Shown here: piece by piece, positions 1 to 8,785 of the stretch | How the letters are laid out: each line of letters opens with the position of its first letter | Position numbering within the stretch: position 1 is the first letter of the stretch | The notes under the pieces: generated by a model | What the model was told of the DNA's origin: nothing | Database searches by the model: none | Seen by the model: the letters and a program-made list of their open reading frames with translations, nothing else | Origin: a virus | DNA: 64,000 nt | IMG/VR virus record: IMGVR_UViG_3300042878_001497 | Span: 109,416-173,415 of that record | Strand: one strand, 5' to 3' | Position numbers and translations under genes: made by a program

Positions 1-1
1 T

Positions 2-451
2 AAAGGAGTTCCCAAGTTTCTAACAGGAAGAGCTAAACAAGCTCCTTTGAAAGAGATCTTAGACGGAACGTTCCCAGTAGAACATTTTAAGCCAGCTAAG
101 ATCAAGGCAGCTCTAATTTCAGAAGGGTACCTAGCCGAGCAGTGTAATAGATGTGACTTTGGAGAAGCTAGATTGCTTGACGGTAAAGTACCTCTCATTC
201 TTACTTTCAAAGATAAGAATAAACATAACTACCATCGAGATAACATCGAGCTACTTTGTTATAACTGCTCCTTTCTCTATGCTGCTTCTCCTATTTCCGA
301 TGATCAGGTAGAACAGATGGAGGATTATGTAGAGCTGCAAGTAAAAGACTATGATTGGGAGATCGATCAAGCACATATCGATCACCTAAAGGAGTTAGGA
401 CTGTGGGAAGATAATAAAAAACCTGGTGAGGAATTTATATCTCGGCAATGA
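2..451 (+). CDS. HNH-like Zn-binding endonuclease-fold protein (5'-truncated by window; possibly degenerate active site)
   Basis: CNRC ... LILTFKDKNKHNYHRDNIELLCYNC follows the CxxC...H-x-D-x-N...N-xxx-LCxNC HNH pattern, but the first His is missing. The frame is open from position 2. Confidence 0.65.
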   Translation, partial: KGVPKFLTGRAKQAPLKEILDGTFPVEHFKPAKIKAALISEGYLAEQCNRCDFGEARLLDGKVPLILTFKDKNKHNYHRDNIELLCYNCSFLYAASPISDDQVEQMEDYVELQVKDYDWEIDQAHIDHLKELGLWEDNKKPGEEFISRQ

Positions 452-628
452 AAGTACCTAAGAAGCGACAAAGACCTCAGCTAGATTCAGAGAAGAATAA
501 ACAGTTCCTACTAAAGAAGCACGCTGATAAACTTCTTGAACAGGACCAAAAAAATAAAAAGCTGTCGGAAAAGTTGCTCAATCGAGACATCTTTACTATC
601 TTTAGTGAAGAAGAAACAAATAAAGGTT

Positions 629-904
629 ATGAGCGAGAAGAGAGGACAGACGGAGAAGATCAGATTTGACTTCAATACCGCAGGTGTATTAGAGATTCAA
701 CTTCATAACGAAACCTGGTACCGAGTTACTGCTGCTACTTTCCGTGCTTACGACGGACCTCGCCGCATTACCGAGCCTCAGTTTACTGAACGAGGTAACC
801 CCTGGGTACCTATGCATACCTATGTATACGAAGGACCGGTATATTACTACGGCTCTAATAAGCAAGCTACCAAGCAGAATAACTATACTACCCGACAGCT
901 ATGA
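629..904 (+). CDS. hypothetical early protein
   Basis: Start revised to the ATG at 629, which follows promoter 573-604 and the shared leader AAATAAAGGTTATG. Confidence 0.7.
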   Translation: MSEKRGQTEKIRFDFNTAGVLEIQLHNETWYRVTAATFRAYDGPRRITEPQFTERGNPWVPMHTYVYEGPVYYYGSNKQATKQNNYTTRQL

Positions 905-1209
905 AACAATTTGTATTTGAATCTCCGCAAGAGTTTGATGCTTTCTTTACCGGAGAGAATCTCAAAGTAACAGAAGCAATCACTGAGGGTATTCGACTGG
1001 CTGTGCAAGCTAAGAAGAGGCATGCCGACCTATTTGAAGTTAGCTTTGAAGGAGGAGATACTGCATTTGATATCAGCCTTCCGTCTATGGAGTGGCCTCA
1101 AGCATTATCTAAATGCCTGGAGATCTATGAGCAGAAAGAGATGTACGATGATGCAATCGATACCTATCAGTTAATCAAACAGATTTCAGATGCAAGAGAT
1201 CTTATCTAA
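901..1209 (+). CDS. hypothetical protein (C-terminal UVR-like helical motif)
   Basis: ATGA overlap with the upstream gene; YEQKEMYDDAIDTYQLIK resembles the UVR E-x-Y-E-x-A pattern. Confidence 0.6.
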   Translation: MKQFVFESPQEFDAFFTGENLKVTEAITEGIRLAVQAKKRHADLFEVSFEGGDTAFDISLPSMEWPQALSKCLEIYEQKEMYDDAIDTYQLIKQISDARDLI

Positions 1210-1423
1210 GACTCACTCAGACGGAACTACCATTAGGTACTTTATGTCTGAAAATGGAAGGGTTATAACATCTGAAACCTCTTACAGTAAGGGTCATAAG
1301 AGTCTCTATGAAGAGTTAGAAGAGAAGAATAAAGGACTACCTAAGACCAAACACCAGTACATGACTGATGAAGGTAAGGTGGTAGGATATCTTACTGCAA
1401 AAAAGTTAGGAATTATTACTTAG
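1190..1423 (+). CDS. hypothetical protein
   Basis: ORF packed between neighbours, ends just before the next promoter. Confidence 0.55.
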   Translation: MQEILSKTHSDGTTIRYFMSENGRVITSETSYSKGHKSLYEELEEKNKGLPKTKHQYMTDEGKVVGYLTAKKLGIIT

Positions 1424-1477
1424 AAGAGTTGGAACCAACGAAGTTAGTTCCTATCTTTAAGTATAATTAAAAACAAA

Positions 1478-2305
1478 ATGGTTATGATGATTTCAAACAG
1501 CAATGCAGACCGCGTAATGACAATCGAAGAGTTGAAGAAGGTAGTTCCTTTTGCCTTCATCGACAAGCCTACTCGACAGGTATCAGACAAGTACGTTCAC
1601 GTACCTACTAGCCGAGTAATTGAAGACTTAACGACGATGGGATGGGAGCCAGTTCAAGCTGCTCAACGCCGAGGTCGTGCAGGTAAGACTTCTATCTTCT
1701 CTAAGCACATGATTAAGTTTCAGAACCCTAACCTCCTTATCAAAGGTGCAGAAGGTGATGATGTATTTCCTCAGATCATTCTGACTAACTCTCACGATGG
1801 TACTCAATCATTCAAGTTTATGATGGGGCTGTATCGTCTGGTGTGCAGCAATGGATTGGTAGTAGCTGATGAGCAGTTTGCTAACTTTAAGATCCGCCAC
1901 ATGGGTTACTCGTTTGAGGATCTGCAGAAGCTTATTGAGACTGCAGTGCAGGAGCTACCTAAGAAGGTTGAGGTTATCAACAAGATGAAAGAGGTTGTGA
2001 TGACGGAAGAGCAGCAGAAAGACTTTGCTTTGAAGGCTTACCTACTACGTCGTGGTATCGAACTAACCGATGAGGTTAAAGTAGAAGATGAGGTGTTGGA
2101 AGGTATTCTTTCTAGCCGCCGTAAGCAAGACGAAGGAAATGATTTGTGGTTGACTTTCAACCGAGTACAGGAAGCTATCACCCAAGGAGGCTTCAAAGGA
2201 GCATTGAATGGAGCTAAGGTACGCCAGGTACGTAAGATTCGTTCATTCGAGAAAGACTTGAAGATCAATCAAGACCTATTCGAACTTGCTCTGCAGTATG
2301 CGTAA
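1478..2305 (+). CDS. DUF932/DUF945-family protein
   Basis: SDKYVHVPTS, KHMIKF, PQIILTNSHDGTQSF, GLYRLVCSNGL and DLWLTFNRVQE motifs; has its own early promoter at 1428-1459. Confidence 0.85.
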   Translation: MVMMISNSNADRVMTIEELKKVVPFAFIDKPTRQVSDKYVHVPTSRVIEDLTTMGWEPVQAAQRRGRAGKTSIFSKHMIKFQNPNLLIKGAEGDDVFPQIILTNSHDGTQSFKFMMGLYRLVCSNGLVVADEQFANFKIRHMGYSFEDLQKLIETAVQELPKKVEVINKMKEVVMTEEQQKDFALKAYLLRRGIELTDEVKVEDEVLEGILSSRRKQDEGNDLWLTFNRVQEAITQGGFKGALNGAKVRQVRKIRSFEKDLKINQDLFELALQYA

Positions 2306-2320
2306 GATCAGAGATAAGAA

Positions 2321-2372
2321 AGCTACCCCACCTGTCCGTTTCGAAAGAGACGGGCAGCTGTGGGAGGTAGTT
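2321..2372 (+). other. long intergenic RNA hairpin with GAAA tetraloop
   Basis: AGCTACC-CCAC-CTGTCCGTTTC-GAAA-GAGACGGGCAG-ct-GTGG-ga-GGTAGTT, about 22 bp including G.U pairs. Confidence 0.65.
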
Positions 2373-2421
2373 CACAAGACTTCTCAAATGGCGTACGCTG
2401 TGAGGTTGTGTAAGAAAGGTT

Positions 2422-2898
2422 ATGCGTTCGGTGTTGTTGAAAGATTCTATGAGCATGTCTAAGATTAAAGCAATTATCGATCAGAAGTTTAAACTGGTAG
2501 GCACGATGGCTACCGGGATGAAGGGTGGTGAAGAAGGTAAGAGAGGTAGAAAGGTTAACCCAAGTAAAAGACTTATCTTTAACTTCAACCCAGACCTAGC
2601 CAAAGAAGAAGATGTAGTGTATATGATGTGCGATGGAGAAGAGATTCTTTACATCGGGTATACAGCTAACTCTCTACAGCAACGCTTTGAAGGATACGAC
2701 AAAGGCCGCTTTGCAAAGATGGGCGGAACTAACAAGAAGATCTTTAAGAAGATGATTGAGAACGATCACATGCTTGAGATATATTCCACAAAGGGGGATA
2801 AATTATTCTGGCATGGTGTTATTCTCTCACTAAGCAGGAGCTTGGAATACGCTTTGATTAACAAATACAGTCCAAAGTGGAACAGCAGGGTCCGGTAA
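2422..2898 (+). CDS. GIY-YIG-family nuclease
   Basis: VVYMM...ILYIGYT...LQQRF...LEYALINKYSPKWN gives the Y, YIG, R, E and N elements. Confidence 0.75.
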   Translation: MRSVLLKDSMSMSKIKAIIDQKFKLVGTMATGMKGGEEGKRGRKVNPSKRLIFNFNPDLAKEEDVVYMMCDGEEILYIGYTANSLQQRFEGYDKGRFAKMGGTNKKIFKKMIENDHMLEIYSTKGDKLFWHGVILSLSRSLEYALINKYSPKWNSRVR

Positions 2899-3003
2899 GC
2901 AGGGAGGCCGAGGGGCGAGCAGGGGGCGTTTCCCTCTCTCGCACCGAAGGTGCCACGCGCATTCTCATCAAAAGCCCGCAGGGCTTGTAATCAAAACTTA
3001 ACA

Positions 3004-3258
3004 ATGGCGTACGGAAGTATTAAATGGGAACCTTGGGTAGTAGTGCTTAAGGATGAAAAGAAGAGGACAGTAGAGGTTGTAAGATTTGACAACTTCGAAG
3101 ATATGATGATATGGAAGAAGTCCGAAGAAGGGACGGCTGTCCATAACATGCAGTTCCTAACAGTTGTCTCAATGACCGAGCGGTACTATCTTCAGTTATA
3201 CTCCTACGAACAGGAGGTGTGGTGGAATGAAGTCGAACATCTAATCAGAAAGCTATGA
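3004..3258 (+). CDS. hypothetical protein
   Basis: Likely start at ATG 3004 (MAYGSIKW) after an A-rich leader; upstream is GC-rich structured DNA. Confidence 0.55.
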   Translation: MAYGSIKWEPWVVVLKDEKKRTVEVVRFDNFEDMMIWKKSEEGTAVHNMQFLTVVSMTERYYLQLYSYEQEVWWNEVEHLIRKL

Positions 3259-3389
3259 CCAAGAGAATACCTCTAGACCAGGACCCGGCCTTTCGGGACC
3301 TAAATTGGGACCTTCCTTCAATCCAGGAATGGGATAATACATTACAAGACGGACTAGAGGATGAGGAGTGGAGTGATGATGAAGAGTGA
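3255..3389 (+). CDS. small acidic protein (44 aa, not in ORF track)
   Basis: ATGA overlap; MTKRIPLDQDPAFRDLNWDLPSIQEWDNTLQDGLEDEEWSDDEE. Confidence 0.55.
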   Translation: MTKRIPLDQDPAFRDLNWDLPSIQEWDNTLQDGLEDEEWSDDEE

Positions 3390-3478
3390 AGAAAGAGAAG
3401 AGAATGGCTATGAAGATGGAGTAGATATCTTCTCAGCATACAAAAGAAAAAAGACAACCTTCAGTGAATCTTTAGAAG

Positions 3479-3742
3479 ATGATGAATAAGATAAAATCAA
3501 CACATAAGGCAGAGTTACTCGGCTACCACTGGACAGAGGCATACTCTAAAACTAGGAATACAATCTGGACAAGTACTGGGGAGGAACATCTGGAGGCATG
3601 TCTGAGGATGGTAGAAAATTATGAGAGACTTGTGCTAGACTTTGGTCCTACCTCCCTACAAGGACGTCAAATTGCTAAAGGGACTGTTAATGATCTCCTT
3701 TCTCTCATTAAGATAAAACGTAAGTTGATTAAGAAGGGATGA
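3479..3742 (+). CDS. hypothetical protein
   Basis: 87-aa ORF with plausible composition. Confidence 0.5.
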   Translation: MMNKIKSTHKAELLGYHWTEAYSKTRNTIWTSTGEEHLEACLRMVENYERLVLDFGPTSLQGRQIAKGTVNDLLSLIKIKRKLIKKG

Positions 3743-3753
3743 TGTTTAGAGGA

Positions 3754-4143
3754 AACCGTAGCGTATATAAAGATATTTGTATAGAGTGATATAGAGATAT
3801 GGAGATATAAATTGTGTGTAGACTTAAAGCAGAGAGTGAAGTTAAAGTAAAGATTCAATAGCTAGTACCTGCCTACCCCTCTTGCAACTTTTTTCTCTAT
3901 AGAATTTATTAAATTTTCAACCTTAAAGTAAAGCTTTAAGTATTCAGTAAACCGTAGAAAAAACCGTAACCCAGAAAACCGTATGCAGATAATCCTCCTT
4001 ACAATCATCAGTGCCTTAACGTACAGAAAACCGTACCTACTAGGTAACCGTAGCCAGGAAACCGTCCCAGGTAACCGTAGGGAGACAACCGTCCAGAAAA
4101 CCGTAGGAGGAAACCGTAGGGAGGGAACCGTCCAGCCAACCGT
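3754..4143. repeat. iteron-like array of AACCGT hexamers (13 copies)
   Basis: AACCGT at 3754, 3950, 3962, 3977, 4029, 4046, 4060, 4073, 4088, 4099, 4112, 4126 and 4138, all in one orientation and mostly 11-17 bp apart. Confidence 0.9.
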
Positions 4144-4598
4144 CCGTCTAGTGATCGATCTAGAGACTGGGACAGTTAAATCAAAGCTTGAAGTTAAAGC
4201 AGAGCTTTAAGTCGGATGTACGTGGTGTATGCTCTGAGGCTGGATGACTATGTAGGTGTCCGCCTCTCTCCCTCTCAGGTTATTCTTAAGGTAGGAGTGT
4301 CGATGCATGATGCGGAGTACCGCCTAGACGCTAATGAGCGCTACGAAGGTAGAAATTCCTATCGAGCGCTTTTTAAAAAAATAGAAGTACTAGGGCAGAA
4401 AAAATTTAGGACCAAGGTAGAGGCTCTAGGGTATGAGCAAGCCCTACTGCAGGAGTTAGGCAGCAAGGACCTTAGTATACAGGAGCAGGTGAAGGGAGTA
4501 ACTGAGTTGAGAGTTCTGACTCCAGACCGCCTGGCAGTAGTGCATCAGTGGATGAAATAACCTTCAAGCAAAGCTTTAAGTTAAAGTAAAGCTTTAAG
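3823..4598. repeat. dispersed 18-bp quasi-palindromic repeats TTAAAGYAAAGCTTTAAG (about 7 copies in 4 clusters)
   Basis: Clusters at about 3823-3858, 3922-3940, 4176-4211 and 4562-4598; best copy CTTAAAG-N5-CTTTAAG. Confidence 0.8.
4216..4560 (+). CDS. GIY-YIG/T5orf172-like protein
   Basis: YVVYALRL...LKVGVS...AEYRL...EALGYEQALL pattern. Confidence 0.5.
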   Translation: MYVVYALRLDDYVGVRLSPSQVILKVGVSMHDAEYRLDANERYEGRNSYRALFKKIEVLGQKKFRTKVEALGYEQALLQELGSKDLSIQEQVKGVTELRVLTPDRLAVVHQWMK

Positions 4599-4667
4599 TC
4601 TAGAGTATAAGGTACCGGCCCGTCTACTCTTCCGCCTCTCTTCCAAGGGCAGGCCCGTCAACCATCC

Positions 4668-4699
4668 TAAATGTACGAAAAAAAAAGTTTGTGACCAAC
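4668..4699 (-). promoter_or_regulatory. leftward early promoter with no downstream ORF
   Basis: Minus strand reads GTTG-N20-TACATTTA-GG, back-to-back with the rightward promoter at 4709-4740. Confidence 0.7.
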
Positions 4700-4765
4700 T
4701 AAAAAAAAGTTGGATTGAAAAAAGTTTGTGCCTATCTTTAGGTACAATTAAAAACAACAACTGTT

Positions 4766-5011
4766 ATGGCAAACATGAGCTACTGTCGATTTGAGAATAC
4801 GTATAACGATCTTTTAGATTGTTTTGAGAATATCTGGAATGAAGCTGAAAACGAAAGAGATGAAAGGTATCGTGTTCGAATGATTCGTTTCCTTAAGGAG
4901 CAGCTTAATGAGATTGAGGAACTGAATGAAGAGTTAGATTTGAATGAAGAGTTAGATAAACCCGGAATGTTTATCGATGATAAAGAATGGGAAAAAGAAA
5001 TGGGTCGATAG
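4766..5011 (+). CDS. hypothetical early protein
   Basis: Own promoter and leader; N-terminus MANMSYCRFENTYNDLLDC. Confidence 0.8.
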   Translation: MANMSYCRFENTYNDLLDCFENIWNEAENERDERYRVRMIRFLKEQLNEIEELNEELDLNEELDKPGMFIDDKEWEKEMGR

Positions 5012-5065
5012 TTGACTATTTTAAATATAGTTCCTATCTTTAGTAAACAAATAAAAACAACGGTT

Positions 5066-5398
5066 ATGAAAAAAGAAAAGTTAATATTGAATGAGGAGAT
5101 GGTTGGTACTTATATCAACCGGGTGCTATGGTCGGATATTATGCCCTTAGGTAGGATAGTATCTATCAAGAGTAAGACCAAGGTACTAGTCCAGAGAGTG
5201 AAAGCAGGAGAGAATAAGGTCAAGATGGAGTTTGTGCCCGGAGGCTTTGCAGGTCATTGTGTCAACAACTACCAGCAGGACTATGACTTCTACGATGAAG
5301 GGCAGCCCTTTGAGCTTTCTCTCAGTAGGAGCTCTATGAAGAGAAGCTTCTTGCAGTTTGCTAACTGCCCGATGAAGCATCACGATTATAACTTCTAG
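5066..5398 (+). CDS. hypothetical early protein
   Basis: Start revised to the ATG after the leader ACAACGGTT. Confidence 0.8.
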   Translation: MKKEKLILNEEMVGTYINRVLWSDIMPLGRIVSIKSKTKVLVQRVKAGENKVKMEFVPGGFAGHCVNNYQQDYDFYDEGQPFELSLSRSSMKRSFLQFANCPMKHHDYNF

Positions 5399-5474
5399 GA
5401 AAAAAGTTTTGGGAGGGGGTTGGTTTATCCAACCTTCCTTCGTATATTTAGGTACAAACAAAAAAATAAAGGTT

Positions 5475-5627
5475 ATGAATGAAAACATTAAAGAATTGGT
5501 GGTTGAATTTGCAGAAGCATTAGACGAATCAGTTGTAATAGCATTATTTGATGAGCTAAAAGCTGAGGATAAGCCTTTTGCAAAAGAGGCACTACTTCGG
5601 TATTTGTCAAAATATTTACCAATTTAG
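5475..5627 (+). CDS. small early protein
   Basis: Start revised to the ATG after AATAAAGGTT; own promoter. Confidence 0.75.
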   Translation: MNENIKELVVEFAEALDESVVIALFDELKAEDKPFAKEALLRYLSKYLPI

Positions 5628-5718
5628 GTAAGATAATTTCAAAAAAGTTTAGGAGGGGGTTGGTTTTACCGACCCTCTTTCTTATCTTTAGGTATTAATA
5701 ACAACAAACACAACAGTT

Positions 5719-5961
5719 ATGGAATTGAAATTGAAAGAAAGAGTTTTCGGATTTACTTGGAACTTCGAAACTGGTGAAGTAGGAGAAGTGTTTACTGAAG
5801 AGCTTACTTCAAAAGAGGTCCAGTTGATAGGTCGTGTCATGGGAGATGATGTATCATTGATTATATATAACTCAGATATCAGTTTAGTATTTGGTGATGA
5901 TATCGAAAACCAAGATGAATTAGAGGAGATGGGATTAGCTGAAGTAATGGAATTTCTTTAG
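5719..5961 (+). CDS. small acidic early protein
   Basis: Own promoter cassette; very Asp/Glu-rich. Confidence 0.75.
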   Translation: MELKLKERVFGFTWNFETGEVGEVFTEELTSKEVQLIGRVMGDDVSLIIYNSDISLVFGDDIENQDELEEMGLAEVMEFL

Positions 5962-6022
5962 GAGGGGGTTGGTTTATCCAACCCTTCTTCGTATCTTTAG
6001 TAAACAAATAAAAAAAACGGTT

Positions 6023-6223
6023 ATGGAATTAGTAGAAGTAAAAAATCAGACTATCAATTATACTATCAAATTCGGTGGTAATATTTACAACCTCTTCTAT
6101 TATGAAGATTTGATGTCTTATTCAGAGGAATTGACTGAAGTTTCAACTGGTTTGCCAGTCACAGATGATGATGAGTATGAAGCAGTGATGGAATTTTTTG
6201 CTGACAATCAGCCAAAGCTTTAA
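6023..6223 (+). CDS. small acidic early protein
   Basis: Start revised to the ATG after AAAACGGTT; own promoter. Confidence 0.75.
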   Translation: MELVEVKNQTINYTIKFGGNIYNLFYYEDLMSYSEELTEVSTGLPVTDDDEYEAVMEFFADNQPKL

Positions 6224-6285
6224 AAAAATAGTTGCTCAATTGAAATTTCGTTCTTATCTTTAGGTAAATAAAAACAACAACGGTT

Positions 6286-6396
6286 ATGGATGTACGTGAT
6301 GTACTTGCTCAAAAGGAATTTGGAATGGATTATAATCAATTAGGTCCAAATGAGAAGGAGTGGGTGAATGATGAACTTGATAATTCCCTTAACTAA
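6286..6396 (+). CDS. 36-aa early peptide (not in ORF track)
   Basis: MDVRDVLAQKEFGMDYNQLGPNEKEWVNDELDNSLN behind a full promoter and leader. Confidence 0.75.
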   Translation: MDVRDVLAQKEFGMDYNQLGPNEKEWVNDELDNSLN

Positions 6397-6454
6397 TAGT
6401 TGGTTGGTATTAGTCTAGTTACTATCTTTAGGTAAATAAAAACAACAAATGGTT

Positions 6455-6694
6455 ATGGGTTATCCTAGAAATTCAGTTAATCAAGTAGTAGAATATTTGA
6501 AAAAGCATAATTTTCAAACAGAATCTGAAATTCAAGAAAATGTTTGGGGTTATTTTAGAAATGAAACTAGGTTAGCAAATAAGAAATTTGCTGACTTATT
6601 AAGAAGGGGTTTACGTAAAGGTTTATATTATAGAGTTAAACATAAAAAAAATAAAAGTCAATATGTTTATTTTATAGTTCCAGAAAATACCTAA
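6455..6694 (+). CDS. small basic early protein (possible winged-helix-like DNA binder)
   Basis: Own promoter; basic; helix pattern followed by GLYYRV...YVYFI beta-hairpin. Confidence 0.65.
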   Translation: MGYPRNSVNQVVEYLKKHNFQTESEIQENVWGYFRNETRLANKKFADLLRRGLRKGLYYRVKHKKNKSQYVYFIVPENT

Positions 6695-6763
6695 TTATAA
6701 AGGGTCTAGTTTAACCCAGATCTTGTTCGTATATTTAGGTATAATAAGAAATAAATAAAGGTT

Positions 6764-6889
6764 ATGAAAAAGAATGATTTGATTGTAGTAATGCAGATAG
6801 CTATTTCGCTTTTAGATAAAGGTGAAGCAAATAAAGCTAATGGAGTTTTGAAAATAGCTCTAACGGAGGAATTTAGTTCTGGAAAATAG
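6764..6889 (+). CDS. 41-aa early peptide (not in ORF track)
   Basis: MKKNDLIVVMQIAISLLDKGEANKANGVLKIALTEEFSSGK after the leader AATAAAGGTT. Confidence 0.7.
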   Translation: MKKNDLIVVMQIAISLLDKGEANKANGVLKIALTEEFSSGK

Positions 6890-6943
6890 TTGGTTGGTAT
6901 TAGTCTAGTTACTATCTTTAGATAAATAAAAACAACAACGGTT

Positions 6944-7420
6944 ATGAAAGTAAAAGAATTGAATGAAGGAATTTACAAGAAATTGGTTAATCTAGACTAC
7001 AGCCGCAAAGAAAATTATTTGTATAAAACAAATGAAACTGAGTGGTGTGAGTTGGATGGTGAAATAAAAGATACAATTTTATCTTTTCCTATTCTCCAAA
7101 TAGATTGGTATGCAGATCTAATGGATATTGAAGTCCTAGATGGTGACCAACAGTTTTACTTATTTGAAAGTGAAGGTAGAACGTTTCTAGTAGATACACA
7201 GGGTTATAATTACCCACGCTATATCATTGAGTTAAAAGGGTTCAATGGTGTAGATGACACATATGAACGAATGGATGGATTGGTTCGAATTGCTGATGTT
7301 GCGATTTTGAAATCTGTGGTTAAGAGTTTGGCTTTTGATTTGCAGGAAGAAGGATTTGATAGAGCAGATATCATCAACTTCATCGATGCTCAAATCTACG
7401 GAGCACTTTTAGAAAAATAG
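6944..7420 (+). CDS. hypothetical early protein
   Basis: Own promoter and leader. Confidence 0.8.
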   Translation: MKVKELNEGIYKKLVNLDYSRKENYLYKTNETEWCELDGEIKDTILSFPILQIDWYADLMDIEVLDGDQQFYLFESEGRTFLVDTQGYNYPRYIIELKGFNGVDDTYERMDGLVRIADVAILKSVVKSLAFDLQEEGFDRADIINFIDAQIYGALLEK

Positions 7421-7477
7421 TTGCCTCCTAAGAGTATAGTTCGTATCTTTAGGTATAATTAAAAACAAACAACGGTT

Positions 7478-8230
7478 ATGATGAATGAAATTCAAGATCC
7501 CAATCAGCTTACTCTCGGTATTGAAAGCCAAGTATTGACTGTCGATCAGATAGAGCGAGTGGAAGCATTTAAAGAGCGATTGGATAAGAGTAATAAGAAT
7601 CTGAAAGCTTCTTTGCTCCGTAAGCAAGCTCTACTGTTAGAAAATGGCTTTGTCGAAGGTAAGGATTTTAGCTTCTCTATGGAGGAGGTAAATGAAAACG
7701 TAGATGTTAATGCTAATGGCTGGAATGATGCTGAATTAATCGTTACTGTGGATATTCTGCACGTCAAGGGGCAGTGTGCATTACTCTACGATCGATATGA
7801 AGTTACTTCTGATACGATTGTTCAGTCGACGGCTGGCTTTAGTATCGAGCAAAATAAAGTAGAGTGTTATACTATCAATAATAATGGCCGGTGGGTTACC
7901 TTCCGTACGCTAAAAGAGAAGTTGGCTGATAAGAATTCTGCTGCTGAATGGGAGATGATATCTACTCGTAATAGGAAGTCAGTACTCAGCTATACTGCTG
8001 AGAAGTATCAGAAGCTTGCTCCTGGGGCTGAAGTGGTGGTGGGTCGTGATGGTACGTCTAGAGGCCGTGATTACTACTCCTTCGATACTGTGACTGTAAA
8101 GTTTGAGAATGGTAATCTGTTAGTTGTTAAGCCCGGATTTAAGAATGATGAGGAGTCAGTTTATCGCTTTATCGATGTAACGACTACTGGTAAGAGTGCT
8201 GAAGAATTGGCTCAGTACCTCGGTCAATGA
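7478..8230 (+). CDS. hypothetical early protein
   Basis: Own promoter and leader; 250 aa. Confidence 0.8.
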   Translation: MMNEIQDPNQLTLGIESQVLTVDQIERVEAFKERLDKSNKNLKASLLRKQALLLENGFVEGKDFSFSMEEVNENVDVNANGWNDAELIVTVDILHVKGQCALLYDRYEVTSDTIVQSTAGFSIEQNKVECYTINNNGRWVTFRTLKEKLADKNSAAEWEMISTRNRKSVLSYTAEKYQKLAPGAEVVVGRDGTSRGRDYYSFDTVTVKFENGNLLVVKPGFKNDEESVYRFIDVTTTGKSAEELAQYLGQ

Positions 8231-8394
8231 GGAGTAAGCTGATCAGAGTCTCTGAAGAGATTGCTAAGACGCTACGGAGGTGGGATCCTAGTTCGCTAGG
8301 GTCCTACTCCATCGAGAGGAAGAAAGGTCCTAGGTACTTCACTGCAGTACAGGATTCGGACGGATGGGATATTATAACCTATTACGTCGACTAA
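8227..8394 (+). CDS. 55-aa hypothetical protein (not in ORF track)
   Basis: ATGA overlap; MRSKLIRVSEEIAKTLRRWDPSSLGSYSIERKKGPRYFTAVQDSDGWDIITYYVD. Confidence 0.55.
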   Translation: MRSKLIRVSEEIAKTLRRWDPSSLGSYSIERKKGPRYFTAVQDSDGWDIITYYVD

Positions 8395-8541
8395 GATATT
8401 TAGCCTCCTGGTTGGGCGCATATACACCAGGGTTGTTGTTTGTCTGGGTTGGGATCCTTCGGGATCTCTTCCTGGTTACAATAGTTGCCTTTAGAGAGTT
8501 TAGTTCGTATATTTAGGTATAATTAAAAACAAATAAAGGTT

Positions 8542-8724
8542 ATGTCAAACATCAAAGAAGAAGCGCTAATGGAAGTCGCTTATGCTTACGCTCATGCAGT
8601 AGGCATCCTCTCAGGCACTATGAATGTCCTGATCGATCATGTAGCTTCTTACACTGAAGAAGAGAAGATCGAGATGATGAAGAAAGCTTTGAAAGAGGCT
8701 GATGAAGCAATCGCTAATGCCTAA
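8542..8724 (+). CDS. small early protein
   Basis: Own promoter and leader. Confidence 0.75.
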   Translation: MSNIKEEALMEVAYAYAHAVGILSGTMNVLIDHVASYTEEEKIEMMKKALKEADEAIANA

Positions 8725-8785
8725 ATAAGAGTTGGCCCTTCGGGGCCTTCTTCTTATCTTTAGTTAAATAAAAACAACAACGGTT

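Noticed and set aside
448-669. 73-aa ORF overlapping the 629 gene and its promoter
   Set aside because: It may be real (ATGA coupling), but it runs across a promoter and leader and no function can be supported, so it was left uncalled.
3950-4143. CRISPR array or mini-array
   Set aside because: The repeat is only 6 bp with 5-11-bp gaps, far shorter than CRISPR repeats and spacers, and there is no cas operon.
3983-4210. 75-aa ORF with GNR..TV repeats
   Set aside because: The AACCGT repeats fall in different reading frames and extend outside the ORF, so it is probably a by-product of the DNA repeats.
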